A stretch of DNA of 64,000 bases from Octopus vulgaris (GCA_951406725.2 OX597820.1:2728001-2792000), one strand, 5' to 3'; positions 26,259-40,869 are shown, counted from the stretch's first letter. Notes: a model not told the origin generated them from the sequence alone. A program made the numbers and translations.

Positions 26259-29143
26259 ACAGAGACAGAGAGAATCATTAATAAGGTAATAAGGGATTTC
26301 AATCTGGGCAAGATACTTCTTTCTTAATTTCTCTGCTAATACAAATGCACCCCATCTGATGAATATAGGGTAAGATTAGTAAGGTCCATAGAACAGACAG
26401 TAAATATGTATAATTTCTTAATTTAATTCAAAGAGTTCAAATCTTGCTACGGTCAACTTTACTTTTTGTCTTCTCAGGGGTCAATAAAATAAAATACCTG
26501 TCATATACTGAGGTCGATGCAAAAAGTTTTGCAAAGTTGATGCATAAGAGACAGTGAGGCTAAATATGACAAGATGTTGCTTAGTCCCATCCATAAAACA
26601 CACAGACACACACACATATATGGAGGTACATGCATGGCCCGTGGAGTAAGAGGGTCACTGTGACGCTCCACTGTGCGACACCTTGTTCAAATGTCTTTTA
26701 CTATAGCCCTGGGTCAACCAAAGCCATGTGAGTGGATCTGGTAGATGGAAACTAAAAGAAGCCCATCATATGCATGTCCCACCACTGCCTGACAAGTGGT
26801 GTTGGTGTGTTTATATACTCATAACTTAGTAGTTCAGCAAAAGAGACCAATACAATAAGAGCCAGGCATAAAAGGATAAAGAAATAATAAAGTACTGGAG
26901 TTGATTTATCTGAATAAAATTCTTCTAGGCAGTGCTCCAGTATGGCTGCAGTCTACAAGTAAAAGACATAACAAAGATATCAAAAAGTTCCTGATTGAAG
27001 GAACGTGTGCGTGGTTCTATAAATACACACACATCTATTTATGTAAAGCGGCAATTATTAACCATAAATTAGAGTAATTATTTATCTTGGGTATATTTTT
27101 GTCCCATAAATTTGTGATTGGTTCAAAACTATGAAGATTTTATTATGAATGGATTCACACAATTTCCTTGCACTTTATCTACAAAACCTATTGACACAGT
27201 CTTTGCCCAGAGTCTAATGTGGTAAATGAGATAAAAACTTTCACATTATGAAACAATACTATCAAGAACTAGAATTAAATAAACATATTGGACATACAAG
27301 TGCATCTTCCCACACTCACGTTTTCTTTATTAGACCTGATGGCCAGTTGCACACTCTAAAAGAAAGGAGGCGTGAAAAACTGCGAAGACAGTTGAACATT
27401 TTTGGGGGAGAAAAAAAAATTATCATTTTCAGCTTCTGCAAGAAATTTTGTGTTTTAAATTATTAAAAAAATGGTTGATTTTTATTATCCCACCCATCTT
27501 TTGAGACAGGTGGACTTACTGGAATAGCTAACATTACCTTATGGAAAAGGGCAAGCAATTGGGGGGTGCTTTCCTTCTCTAAAATAATTTTTTGACCAAA
27601 ATATCCTATTTTTTTCCTTTTTGCTCTCTTTCCCCAATTTTTGCCCTTTTCCTGCAAATTTTCACTATTTCTGCTCATCTTGTTGCCCCACCAAATATTA
27701 TTTTTCCCATTTTTGCCCTCAATCCTAACCCGTCTCCTTTTTCATTAAACTTCTCAGGAAACAGCCAGAATAAAAAAAAAAGACTAGTGAAAAGGGCACC
27801 AAACCGTAGTTATGCCTAAAATTTTTATTGCTGAAATCTTAAAGAAAAACTGAAGTTAGTTAAAGTGAAAACGATAAAATAGCCACCAAGTTGTCAACAG
27901 CCCGATATACGAAGGAAGCTAGTAAAAACATGAAGAGATTAGAAATAGTTTTCAGCATTTGATAAACATTAAAACACGCCTCCCAAATTCAGCAGAGTAC
28001 AATCAGGAAAACAGTTTTTCGTTCATTAAAGGAAAATTAGCCTTCCTCACTTTGCATATCGAACCCGTTATAATTTTTTTGAGCCATTTTTTTTTCTATG
28101 TCCATTCCCTTTTGTTACCATATCGCTATGGAGATATACTGGCTTTATTTCAATTAATTTTGAAAATAAAGTAGGATTTAGTGAAATAACCGTCATTATC
28201 AAGCTGGAACATAAAGAGAAATTTTAGTGGAACCTTTAAAATCAGAACATTTTCAAAAAGAAGTTTGCATCATAGAAGCAGGAAAGGGTCTCTGGCGAGT
28301 TGGTCCTCGCCGACAACGTCCGCTAATGAAAAGAATTGACTTTGAATCTCTCGCTTCTTGTGGGTACTTTGAAAGAAAACTGAATGAAGAAGCTGCCAGA
28401 GATCTCTCAATGAGAACACAAAAGAATGGTTGTGCTCAGCTAAATGTCTTTTAATGCTGTTCTAGGAGTCGTCGTGCCAGAGAATGAAATGCCAGCACGT
28501 TAATGAACTGAAAGTTAAAAATAGGTTATTCTTCCAAAAGCAAAGCAAATTGCATTCTACGGCATTTACCATTTAAACAAGACACACAAAACTAATTCGT
28601 ATCATGTGCGAGGATAGAAGCGAAAACTAACGATTTCACAAAAGCACAAAGCTTTTGCAGCTGTTATTCTCTGCCAACAGAAAATGTTTTCACAGTTTTA
28701 CAATCGTCGCATAAATGTTTATGGGGTTGTGATAGTTTAGCCCTGAGTCAATCAGACTAGGTCAAATCAGGATTGAAGTAGGCATTTTAATTGGGATCAA
28801 CCAGTCTTTATTTTCGATACATGTTCTACCGAACACTACATTAATATACACAAACACATTGGTTTTAAAGTCAGGAGGAGGAAGATGTGATTCGACAGAG
28901 ATTTGAATGTTATTTGAAGTGGCTCAAGCAGTCATCAATGCTGTTAATTACCAAGTAGGTGGAGTGTCCAAAAACAAACGATGTGGTCCGACTAAGCACA
29001 CCATAGTATTTACAATTATCTCTTCAGCTTCCTTGACTTTTAAATAAAAAGACTGCTGTGTGGCAGAATTAAAAAAGCATTAGATAATATATGGTAGAGA
29101 GAGAAAACAAAATATGTATTGTCTTTTTTTTGTCTCTCTTTGT

Positions 29144-29180
<37 letters not shown>

Positions 29181-30311
29181 GGTCACATTTTTCCCCACTA
29201 AATGTGAAGGAGCATTTATCCATACAAACAAAAAACAACTAAGTATATGTGACATTAACTTTCAAATACTAGTGAAACAAGCGAAAAACTAGCGAAGTTT
29301 AAGATATTTAAAGTTAAGAAGAAGGAAGATGGTTATAGAAGAGGTGCAGGAAAAACCGGTGACTATGACGGTTGGTGTGCTAGAAATAGCAGTAAAAATC
29401 TTCAAATGACATGCAACCGATTTTAATAGATTAAACACATTTCATGTGGACCTGATAAAAAGAAACAAACGAGATGGTCACAGACAAAATACCTTCGATC
29501 ATAAATCTGCTCAAGCGTGGATAACATTGTCCCCTGAACAATGATAAAAGTGCAAGCATGTAACACTAATTGATGTTATTTCAATTATATTTCGTTAGTC
29601 TAAAATAAATTCTCACTTCCATTCGAACTCAAAACTACAGGACCCCCTCCCCACAAAAAAACAACAACATCGTGGTAATTATTTTTAGAAAGTTCGTAAA
29701 TCGAATAGAAATAAATGAAATCAATAATCAATCGGAGTTACTGAATCATTGATGAAAGTGAAAGCAGAACCATAAACAGAAGGGTGGCGATAACTTTTGT
29801 TTAGAAAAGTCTTTAATTTGATGACTAACGTTGTAATAAAGAATATAATTACTTCCTTGAAATAGAGAAGACTCTCAATGTCTCAGGCGGCTGCCTTCTC
29901 AACGACAACCATTTCGGTAATTCCAGGCACAGCCTCAATAAACCGGATCCTGCTTATCTTTCACCTGCGTCATTAAATTGCTATTAATTTTATCCTAATT
30001 AGAATTTCTCTTTGCATTAAATATGTCTCCACTTCAAAGTTAGAAGTGACTAGGAAGTAACGAAATGGAAATAGTCAGCCGAATACCATTCTAAATGCGA
30101 AATAAATTTTAAAGAATTTAAAAAGAATGAGGCGCCCATTTTGGGTTGAAGTAGATGAAGGAGCGATCATTCCGTTACCAGATTTACAAACTTTAGTTGG
30201 GAAATATCGGTAGTTGCGGCCGAAAGCGAAGGCTTTATAATAATACAGAACATAGGAAATAAGGGTTAAATAAAAGTCCGGAAAGGAGCAGGGACGTTTA
30301 GGAGTAACTTG

Positions 30312-30520
30312 TGAGAATGATTTGGACAGGTAAAAATTTAAGATATAAATGAGAATGGCAATGGACAGGTAAAAATTTAAGATATAAATGAGAATGGCAA
30401 TGGACAGGTAAAAATTTAAGATATAAATGAGAATGGCAATGGACAGGTAAAGGTTTAAGATATAAATGAGAATGGCAATGGACAGGTAAAGGTTTAAGAT
30501 ATAAATGAGAATAGCAATGG
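30312..30520. repeat. 39-bp minisatellite, ~5.3 copies
   Basis: Unit tggacaggtaaa(aa/gg)tttaagatataaatgagaatggcaa starts at 30323, 30362, 30401, 30440 and 30479. Confidence 0.95.
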
Positions 30521-30799
30521 AGCAATGTTGCCGTGTAACATTACGATTTTCACTTAATCTGAAGACTTGCCATTATTATTAATTCTTACCGGTTACTTTT
30601 GGCGATTACTTATTCCGTTCTCAACTGGACCAATTTTTAACTTTCATTTCTTATTAAAAGACCTCTAGTTATCAATGTTGTGTTTGTTTACTTTCCACAT
30701 TCCGACCTAAAATAGTGATTCGCCCTGAAAATGAACTCCTCTCCTAACACAATCCTAAATAACAGTCTGTCAGTCTCTGAAGGTACTTTTGTTGCAAGA

Positions 30800-31750
30800 A
30801 TGTCGTTTATTTACACAACGTACGACATATTGAAAGGTGAATCATCACATCCGCCCAATTAGCATTCGTGAAGAAACCAGATATTTTGCTCAAATTGGTG
30901 TAAATTTGTCAGAATTGTGGCCATTAAAAATGAAAGTGGTTTCTCAGCTTTGTCAAACTAAAAGCAAGTTGACAAAAAACATTTAAAATCTGGGTGAATG
31001 TTGTTGGCAGTTGTCCATATCATAAAACGGTTTCATAAATAATTTTTTTCTTTTACTTAAAAGTCATTTATTAAAGCAGTTGTTTGATTGAGATAAACCT
31101 TTTTGAATGCTGACACGGATTCTGTGAGAAATATCAGAGAAAATGAAAATTGAACAAAACCAGAACAGTTTTGATATTCTTGAAGACTATGTTCGTCATT
31201 GATTTCAGAGTGATCTGATAGTTATCAATGGAATCAATCCAGAGAGATATGAACATCTTCTGGTGGAATTAGACGAAACAAAAAATATTTCTATAGAAAA
31301 TATAGAAGAGGCCGATGGAGAAAAGTCACTGAAGGTGTTTAGTTTGGAGGAAACGCAAAAGAAAAAGTTTCCTCGAACAAGCATCGGATAAAATAGACAT
31401 ATTTTTAAGGAAATAAAATATATTCTTACATATGTTGTTCAATATGATGGATTAGAATCCTTATTTGACAACTATTATAGAGAACCAGAGTTAGGATTTG
31501 GCCAATCCTTCTAACTGCCAGACACAAGGTAGAGTCGTTTTGGTCTAATGCCAAGGAAAGATTGAAGTAGGTGAATGGTACAACTAAAGAACTTTTCAAT
31601 AGTTGTTCGAAAAAAACAAAAAAACACTGAGAGATGGTGAAATGAGAAGAGAGGTGGTGGAGGGTTTCAACAAGGTTAGCCTTGCCATTTCTGTTATGTT
31701 CCACATATTTCATAGATTTATTACCACAAATGACAATTGCTGAAAATTTC
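30800..31750 (+). mobile_element. Degenerate Merlin (IS1016/IS1595-like) DNA transposase fossil; boundaries approximate
   Basis: At 31263-31325, across one frameshift, VELDETK/KYFYRKYRRGRWRK resembles the Merlin first-Asp block VEIDES..F..RKY.RG. There are many stops, and no TIRs were identified. Confidence 0.55.
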
Positions 31751-32674
31751 CTCTAATTTGTTTGGCATTATTATTGTTATAACAATAGTCATATGACAAC
31801 ATTGTTTTGCTTAAAATAATTAAGGCTAGAACATTATTATTATTAATTTGTGATGCAGAAAAACTCCATGATGAGGGTCCTTAATATAAAAGATAGAAAT
31901 AAATTGCTTATTCTCGTATTTGAATCCATAAAAAATATTAACTGAATATTTTCTATTATTTTTACATCGCGATGAAGCTTCCTTGCTATCACTAGCTCCG
32001 CTAGAAATCGCTGTTAAAGCTCTTCCTCAGATATCCATCTATTAAGACAGTGAAGATGGTGTGGATGTATAAAATACTGGAAAATGCCTGGATGTGAGAA
32101 AGGAAAATAGTAAACGGTACGTCCACCCCCAATACCCAGCTCATTAAATCTGTTATAAGCTTGTCGCAAATAATTAAGATTAATAATGAATAAATCACTC
32201 TCGCACTCAAATGGATATTTTCATTCGATGGTTAATTAATTTGTTCTAATCAAGATAGATTTCAGAGTCTCCTAAAACGACGGAAGGAGATGTTTTATGC
32301 CGTTCTTAAAAAAACATAGAATATAATCACCAAAATTCGCTTCAGTTAAGAAGCGAGGTGCGCGATGATACGGTTTCGAGGTAAAGGCATGAACATCACA
32401 TCGTGTCATAAGGCAGGGTACAGAGTCGGGTGGAAAGAGGAGGACGGGGTGGTTATAGAGAAATAATTCTAATTACACGAGAGAGAGAGAAAGACTAATG
32501 AATGTTGTGAAGAGATGTTAAGGGGTGGAATATTCTCATGTAATGGTGCGAGTGATGTTGAGAGAAAGAGGAAAAAGCAATTGGCTGGGGTGAGACATAA
32601 GGGTGGATTGTTAGTCATCTCATAGCAAACCGGGTATTTTGAGTAAAATGTGCAGCTGAGCAGCAACAACAAAC

Positions 32675-32743
32675 CTGTTTTTCGAATATTTCTTGCACCA
32701 CATTTAAATCTCCGTTTTTCACACCCCAAGAAAGATCGGTCAT
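32675..32743 (-). CDS. MTPN: Myotrophin (V-1, ankyrin-repeat capping-protein regulator), coding exon 1
   Basis: ATG at 32743 gives MTDLSWGVKNGDLNVVQEIFEKQ, matching the myotrophin N-terminus (W..KNGDL..V). It ends at a phase-0 donor, CAG|GTTTGT. Confidence 0.9.
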
Positions 32744-33250
32744 ATTTGATACCAGTAATGTTGTTGTTGTTGGTGTTGTTGTTCTTCGTCTCGACTTGTT
32801 GCCGTCGTGAGAGGGACAAACGGAAACGGTGACCACCGACACCGAACACACTTTTCTTAGCTTCGTTTTGATTCGTTCCTCTTTCAAAAATAAACCAATA
32901 GGAAAAGTTTTCTCATAACTTACATAATATTTTATACTTTATTGTGTTTTTGTATTAAAATTTTATTCGTTTCTACCTCAGATTATTCTGAATTTGTTAA
33001 TTTTATATATTTTATTAATAAAACTAATTTTGATAGACAAATGTTATGTAAAATACTGAAAGTAGAAACACGAATGGAACTATAGATGACGGGCTATTTT
33101 CTAAGTTGGACACCGTATAGCAATATAAAGAGTGGAATAGCAAGGGAAGTAAGTCTCAGTCTTCGTCGTCGCACCTGACTTCATTCTTCTCCTGAAATCG
33201 TCCCAGGTTTTCGTTGATTGACTCCTCCTCTGTGTTGTGAAGAAAGCACC
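32744..33250. promoter_or_regulatory. Putative bidirectional promoter and 5'UTRs shared by MTPN and GNPDA
   Basis: The divergent ATGs are only ~510 bp apart, the interval is free of the common SINEs, and both flanks retain CpGs. Confidence 0.6.
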
Positions 33251-34060
33251 ATGCGTCTCGTTATCTTGGATACAAGCAATGATGTCAGCGAATGGGCTGC
33301 AAAATATATCAGGAGGAAAATTCTGGAATTTAAGCCAAGTGCTGAGCGCTATTTCACTCTTGGCCTGCCGACTGGGAGCACACCCCTCGGAACTTACAGA
33401 CGACTAATTGAATTCTACAAAGCTGGTTGCATTTCTTTCAAGTATGTGAAAACCTTTAATATGGACGAATATGTTAATCTTCCCCGCGACCATCCAGAGA
33501 GCTATCATTCGTTTATGTGGAACAATTTTTTTAAACATATCGATATAGAGCCGAGCAATGCTCACATACTGGATGGCAATGCTCCTGACTTGGACACAGA
33601 ATGCCGCGAGTTCGAAAAGAAGATAGCAGAAGCTGGTGGCATTCAACTTTTCGTTGGTGGAATCGGTCCTGACGGCCACATAGCCTTCAATGAACCTGGT
33701 TCCAGTTTGGTTTCTCGCACAAGGGTGAAAACCCTCGCGCAGGAAACGATATTAGCTAATGCTAGGTTCTTCGATGGAGATATCGAGAAAGTCCCAAACA
33801 TGGCATTAACTGTTGGAGTCGGCACTGTAATGGACGCCAAGGATGTCATGATATTGATTACAGGTGCACACAAAGCCCTCGCCCTGCACAAATCCGTAGA
33901 AGAAGGTATCAACCACATGTGGACCGTGTCTGCTTTCCAACAACATCCCAGCACGACTTTCGTTTGTGACGAAGATGCCACCTTGGAGCTGAAAGTGAAA
34001 ACTGTCAAATATTTCAAAGGTCTCATGCAAATTCACAATAAATTAGTTGAAGATATCTAA
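33251..34060 (+). CDS. GNPDA: Glucosamine-6-phosphate deaminase (NagB/oscillin family), intronless, 269 aa
   Basis: ATG in gcaccATGc (the ORF track starts at an upstream TTG). Motifs [16 protein letters not shown] (D72) and [17 protein letters not shown] are present. Termini are animal-type ([15 protein letters not shown]; [13 protein letters not shown]). AATAAA near 34298. Confidence 0.97.
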   Translation: MRLVILDTSNDVSEWAAKYIRRKILEFKPSAERYFTLGLPTGSTPLGTYRRLIEFYKAGCISFKYVKTFNMDEYVNLPRDHPESYHSFMWNNFFKHIDIEPSNAHILDGNAPDLDTECREFEKKIAEAGGIQLFVGGIGPDGHIAFNEPGSSLVSRTRVKTLAQETILANARFFDGDIEKVPNMALTVGVGTVMDAKDVMILITGAHKALALHKSVEEGINHMWTVSAFQQHPSTTFVCDEDATLELKVKTVKYFKGLMQIHNKLVEDI

Positions 34061-37000
34061 ACAATTCGGTTATCAAATGAGGCCACCTTCTTTAACAAGT
34101 CACAGGTTATCTTCCAATAATTCGACTGAGTCCGGACAATACTGCAAGTGGTTTATTTTCCTTGTTTTGCCTGAATTATGAAACTTGAAAATTTATCTTT
34201 ACAATTTTATTTTCTAAACATTTTGTTTTCAAAGGAAAAAAAATTATTTTTCTATCGTATTACTCTGAAAATGTATATTACAGACCAATTAAAAAAAAAT
34301 AAAAATACTGTTACTTAGAAAATGTTTTAATTGCCTTTTATTAGGGACTTTGAACCCTTTTTGTTGTTGGGTTTCGGTTTTCTGAATTGTGTGCCTCTGT
34401 ATGTTGATATTTTTGTTTGCTTTCATTTTTTCGTATTTGTTTTACGTAAACAGATACAAAGAAACGTTGGTGTTTAGTTTTATTTCGTACTAAAATGCAG
34501 GATATTTTCCCACCCATCTCGCTCACCACATACATGCGTGAGCTTTTAGCGAAATAAATATCGATGTTAGGTTGCAATTTATTTACATTTGACGGATATT
34601 TGTCAAAATGTAAATAATTCCTCATCTCTTAAATATAGAACTGTAGGTTGCAATTGTTCTGAACACCAGTTCAACTCTAATCGAACGCCTTTCGGATAAA
34701 AAGTAGGCAATCTTTCGTTCGCGAGTTCTATCGAAGGATTGCCAAAAGGTATTCCAGTCATCACTCCCCTCTCGGATATCCAAGACGATCCAATTTCATT
34801 TTTTTAAAAGCCTTACAATAAGACCGCTTTCTTACTGAGTTCCACTTGAACGTAATATTGTAGGCTTCCCTTCAGTTTCATTCCATTTTAAAAATGCCCG
34901 TTGTGTATATATTGACTTGCAAATACTTTCGAATAGTTTGCATGGAGGGGAAATTTTGTATGTTTAAACACATTATACAAAAGCATAGTCATTTTATAAG
35001 ATTTTGCTGGCAAATTTTAAATCGACAAACATTTGCATGAAAGAAAATAAGTGGAGAACTTTCTAATACTTCCAAATCTTAAAACTGTACTGAAACCATT
35101 TGTGGGGAATTTTTTTTTTTTTTTCATCCTGGTCGCACATGACGAGGTTTAACGGAAATCCTCTCTTAATAAATTAGTTTCACTATTCCTCCACTTTTTT
35201 TCTTTTGTGCGAAAGTGAAGAATACGCACACCCAGTGTTTAGGGGTTTTGTTACGCCGAAAACTGGTGGTATAGGTATTCCTTACCTGCGAAATTGCAGC
35301 GATTCAACTTGGAATTGAATTTTTGTGTGAAGATTAATTACAGAAAATATCTGCTTAACCCTGCCTTTTTTCCCCGGTGACCAGCATGAGAGCGAACACT
35401 TCTTTCGTGGGTAAGTATTAGAACAGGTGGTTTCTATGGGGGAAAGATTTCTGAGGATTGAAAAGGGAGCAGATAAATTGTTTTAATAAAATTAACATGG
35501 TTGTTTTAAAATGTCCACAAAATTATAAGCGTGCAAACTGTTTTTCTCGTAAAAAGTGGGACGAGGGACACCAAAAACACCTAAAATTTCTATTGTGGGG
35601 TGGGATTTTGCAGTTAGAAGAAAAACAAAACCAAAAACCTTGGACCTGAAGCAGGGGAGGTAATCGCGATTAAGCCATTTTACCCAGACAGAAACTTCAG
35701 TTCAGAAATTTCTCCTCAAACTTCTTATCGATGTACAAAACCGAGAATTTTAATTACTAAGAAATATTAAACGGAAAAAAAAGTTTTTCCAATAGTTCAA
35801 ATATTTTATCAGTTCATGGCTAACAGAAATTGATCCAAACATTATGTATTCACGTGACATGCATTTGTCCTACTCTCTTGGTTCCTGATGTCTCTGATCC
35901 AATTTTTTTTTTCGGGTCGCCTTCATTCTTGGCCAACAAGCCTTTTAATTTTAATACAGTCCTTAATGCTTGCTTCCCTCTCTGATTCTTCCCCCGAATA
36001 ATGGGTCTGAAATTGACAGACCCCTTCCAGAATTTAAGAAATTCTCTTGCATTTACATCATTCTTTTATTCACCCTGGTGTCGGGCAATTTAAAACCGTT
36101 TTAATGTTATTAAATAAGACTCCCCCTATTCTTTAAAATTTCTACAGGACTTCGCAGTATAACCGGCACCTTCTCCGCCTCTAAATAGATGAGTATCTTT
36201 CAGATTTGCGATTTCATTAAAAATTAAAAAAATAAAAGGGCAGGAAAACGCAACTATAACTATTGATCCTTCGACTATTTCGACAATCTTGGGTAAAGTT
36301 GAAGAACTCAATACATACTCGTCAGCAAAGACTTTGGAAAATGTCTTTTGCGTAAAGTTTTGTGAAAGTAAAAATTATACAATTATGGCATCTGATAAGG
36401 ATATACCCACTTTTGCCGTAATTAAAAGTTCTTTTTGCCATTCAGAATTCCAAACATTGCTTAATAAAGTATTTACATTTATCATAATTTTACGGCTTCC
36501 CCTTCTCTATTATAATATTACAGTAATGAGATCTCAGGTTCGATCCAGCAGCAAAGTATCTTAGGCAAATTTATTTTATTTTTACTATAATTCTTGAACT
36601 GATCTAAACCTTGTGAAATTGGGTGGATAGAGCTTAAATCAAGCTTTGCCGCACTGATTCCGCCTGAGAATTACGTTAATGTCTGCGGAATATTCAGTCA
36701 CTTAGACGCTAATTTAGTGAGGAGTTTTGCTGATCGAACAATACTTATCGTCGAAATCAACGGAAATCCATTTACACACGTAATGGTGTAACAATTTTAA
36801 ATTTTATTATTTTATTTTCCCAAAAGCTTGGAATTCGTTGGAGAGTGAATCGACAATGGTGGTCAGAGGATTTTTCAGAAATTCGGGTTGACGCCCCTCT
36901 TGAAAAATTCAAGGTTATCCTCTCTTACTTTCGCAAGTTTAGTTCTGGTCTGATAACAATTTACTGATAGCAAAAATAATTACAATGTTTAATTATGGCA

Positions 37001-40000
37001 TTCCTACACAAATGTGCCCCACCAAATTTGTTTCCTCAAAACTTCCATAAAAATGGATATTATTTATTCTAATGAAATTTTCTAGAAATACGCTACAGAA
37101 ATGTAGATTCCAATTATATCGGAATTTGTGAAAATTCATGCGAGTTGGCTTTGCTTCTTCATAACTTTCAGAAAAATTGGTATTTTTCTCAAAAATAATT
37201 TTCTACAAATACTTTTCAGAGTGCATAAATTACGATTGTATCGGAATTTAGTGTGTAAGAAAAAATAGTGAGCGTCCATATACTGACATACATCACAATA
37301 TCTTTGGAAATTTTATTTTATAGATATATCTGACGTATGTGTACGAACCCATCAAATTTTTTTTCATTCATATCAAATTCCCATATAATCTCTGGATGAT
37401 GATTATTGGATATTTCATTAAAAAAAAAACTCGTTTTTCTGTAAGTTATGAGTAAAGAAAGCTGCCTCGTGTGAATTTTCCGAACCTCCTCACCATCGGG
37501 GAAAGAATTTTCGCCACATATTCCGATATAATCAGAATCTACCCCATCTGAAGTGCATTTATAGAAAACCTCATTAAAAAATATCCATTTCTTGGAAGTT
37601 AAGAGGGAAGAAACGTGTAGGAATGCCATAATTGTATTTTCCACGCACGCACGATGTTGGATCTCTGACTGATTCGAGCAGTTTCCATTCTGAGTTAATC
37701 CCTCAGGAGTTGAGAACCATTCCTAGAAGCGGGGAGTCGCAGAAATGTTTGTGAAAATGGTTGTACAAAAATACATCGACCATAAAACACAGGCTGCAAA
37801 ACGAAAACGAGTATTTCTCACCAAGAAATGCATGAAATGTTAATTATGTCTCGTTCAATATCTTTTTTTTTTTCATAAATTATGGATGTTTGTTTATTTT
37901 TTAAATATTAAAGAGTTGCATAGTTTTATTGATTCACCAAAATGGGTCACGATGGTAAAAAGTTTAACAACTGGTTTACTTGACAGCTGTATTTCTACTT
38001 TTTTTTTTTTCTTAACGACCATCCTGATAACAGGTTAAATATATTTTGTGGGTTGAATGTATAAAAAGGATGAAATTGAATAATTCTATAGGGGTTGTTT
38101 AACTTCAGGTCAGCAGTGGTCCAGCCCATGAAACTCGTTTTTTCTTCCTTTTATTTTATTTTTCTTGTAGCCAAAATTTATCCAGAATAGGGACGTAACC
38201 AAGGTTCTTCCTGACCGAATCCAGGTAAAAAAAAGTCACAGAAGTTTTGTCTGGATCCCATAAATTAATTGATTCCCCCCACCCTCGTGACTTTATTATC
38301 GGTCACCTCCTGACCAGAGCAAATGAATGCTCTCCTTTCAATTTTAGCTAAAAACTATTACGGTGTTGAAACTTTGCGACCAAAACAAACCAGTGTTTTC
38401 TACTATTCAAATTAATTTCTACTATGAAACGCAAACTTATTACTAATAATTATAACTCTAATGTACTGGAAAAGTTTATTTTATGACAGATCAAATAATA
38501 TAACTTGTGTAGAGTTCGATGAACAATCGCAAGTGTATAAATAAGAGTTCCATTACGATTATCAATACGTAGCAACTAAATGCTTTCACTGGTGTTTAAA
38601 CTAATTTCCACGTTAGTAAAATAAAACATAAGGCATCAAATAATTATACACATACAAAAATAATTTTTGTATTTGGTTAGCAGGATTCTTAATGTGAACT
38701 CGTGTTGGTGCGTGTGTTTATTATTAGCATAATGACCCTCCCGAAATACAAAAAAAAAAAAACGTGAATATTAATTGAAATGAAATCAATCTAATTATAT
38801 AGAATCTAAAACGCCTTGTTTGCACCTATTTTGCTTCCTGACCCCGTGTTCCTTTTGCATCGTCCCCTCTGTTTGTCCCTTGTGGCTTGAATAAAAATCC
38901 TTATTCTTTTTACAGCTGATGATGTTAATTATAATAATATCAATAAGGCGGCGAGCTGGCAGAATCGTTAGCATGCTGGACAAAATACTTAACGGTATTC
39001 AGTCCATCTTGGCGTTCTGAGTTCAATTTTTGCCGAGGCTGACTTAGCCTTTCATCTTTTCGGGGTCAATTAAATAAGTACCAGTTATGCACTAGGGTCG
39101 ATGTAATCGACTTAATCCCTTTGTTCTTGTTTGTCCCCTCTGTGGGCAATAAAAAATATAATAAAACTGTGTTTTTAACTTCTTTGCATACAAATGTTGT
39201 CGAGTGAAGCAGAAGGTGGCAGTTTGTCTTGTCTCGTTGAGGCTAGCAAATACAATCATTTATCAACTTTATGAATTTCGTTCAAAGCTGACAGTTGTCA
39301 GTAAGATAGTGAATGTTATCTAAACCAGCAGCACTCATATTTTAATCTCCATGGAAAGCATTTCAGGCGTTCCTCAGTGTTATCAATCTAAAGATTTGGG
39401 TGACTCACCAGACACCCTTTCAATCTAAAATGTTTTAATGGAGCTCTCGGGAGAGGTTGAAGCAACTTTTCTTTAATCATCATCATCATCGTTTAACGTC
39501 TGCTTTCCATGCTAGCATGGGTTGGACGGTTCAACCAGGGTCTGGGAAGCCAGAAAGCTGCACCAGGCTCCAGTCTTATCTGGCAGTGTTTCTACAGCTG
39601 GATGCCCTTCCTTATGCCAACCACTCCGTGAGTGTAGTGGGTGCTTTTTACGTGCCACCGGCACAGGGGCCAGTGGAGTTATTATTAATATAATTGCATA
39701 ATGAATGCCATTGCTTTCGTTTACTTGTAAGTCTCAAATGCATGAAAGAAATCCAAATTTTGTCCCCAAATAATTAACAAGTATTTCTTTATTCCATTTC
39801 ATAATGGTTTCTGGGAACAATGCCAGAAATTTTGAGGGGTAGGAGAGTAGTCAATACCATCGAGCCCTGTGCTTTATCTTTAACCCTTTCGTTACCAACC
39901 CGGCTGAAAATGCTTCTGGCTCTGTAGTACAAATGTCTTGTTTTCAAAAGTTCTTCCACCAAACCTTAGTCACAATTTATGTTCCTAACACTAGCTAAAT

Positions 40001-40869
40001 GGTAACTAAGTTATTTTACTAAATTCTTTGTAATATTTAAAGTAATTGAAAGAAACACAGAACATCTCAAAATAAATACAGTAATGAAAGAGTTAACGAC
40101 CCTGGAGAGATGACAGAGTTGATCTTGGAGTCTCAGAACACAAAGAACCTGAAGAAATACCAAAATGCAATTCTTTCAATGCTTTAATGACTCTGCCAAA
40201 TCTCTTCCATTGCTTAATGAAGATGATCAATAGTTTTCTTTGTTAATCTCACTTTTTCTTCTTCCATGGTGAAACAACCGAACGTATTTGGCTTTTTCCC
40301 ATGAATATCCCATTCATTACAATTCCATATGATTCATTGGTCAAGAATTGTCTTTACAAATTTTGGGGCCATTTTAGAAACAGATGCTCTGAGTAAGAAT
40401 TTTATGAAAAAATAAAATCTAAGAAATTAAGAGAGAAAATTTGATTCTACACCTGTCTTGGGTTACCTGCTGCATCAGCAGTTTGATTTTGATCATCAAC
40501 CATGTTTTACAAAAATTCTAGTATAATAGCAAAATCTATTCAAGAAATGGTTTCCTTGTCAGCTCTGGAACTCCATTGAGTTTGTGATTCTAAAGAGTTA
40601 AGCAGGAAAAGAAGAAATAAACTCAGACAACGAAAAATTACTATTGTTATAGGTCAGCAATTTTTTTTCATTAATTCTCTCTTGAATACAATTTAGCAAT
40701 CAGTTATAAATGCAGAGTTGTACAACATTTAAGTGGAGGCACAATGGCCCAGAATTCTAATAAAATAAAATAAAATAATTTAATGATTCAGATGGTAGTG
40801 ACAGTTTTATTCAAATATCCACTGAATACTCTTTTATTTACACAGTTACTAACTACCAACTTATAGACA

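Noticed and set aside
30312-30520. 39-bp repeat as a CRISPR array or a His/Cys peptide gene
   Set aside because: The units are contiguous with no unique spacers, the context is eukaryotic with no cas genes, and the ORF is a by-product of the unit length being a multiple of 3.
33149-33206. Possible 58-nt 5'UTR intron in GNPDA (GTAAGT...CCCAG)
   Set aside because: It is very short for this genome and the start site is unknown; it cannot be supported without transcripts.
33218-34060. Bacterial nagB by horizontal transfer or contamination; also an N-terminal extension from 33218
   Set aside because: The termini are animal GNPDA-like and the gene is embedded beside MTPN. Position 33218 is a TTG, and homology starts at ATG 33251.
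37050-37595. Degenerate inverted arms (~37050-37140 vs ~37505-37595)
   Set aside because: Probably an old MITE, but too decayed to define termini or a TSD.
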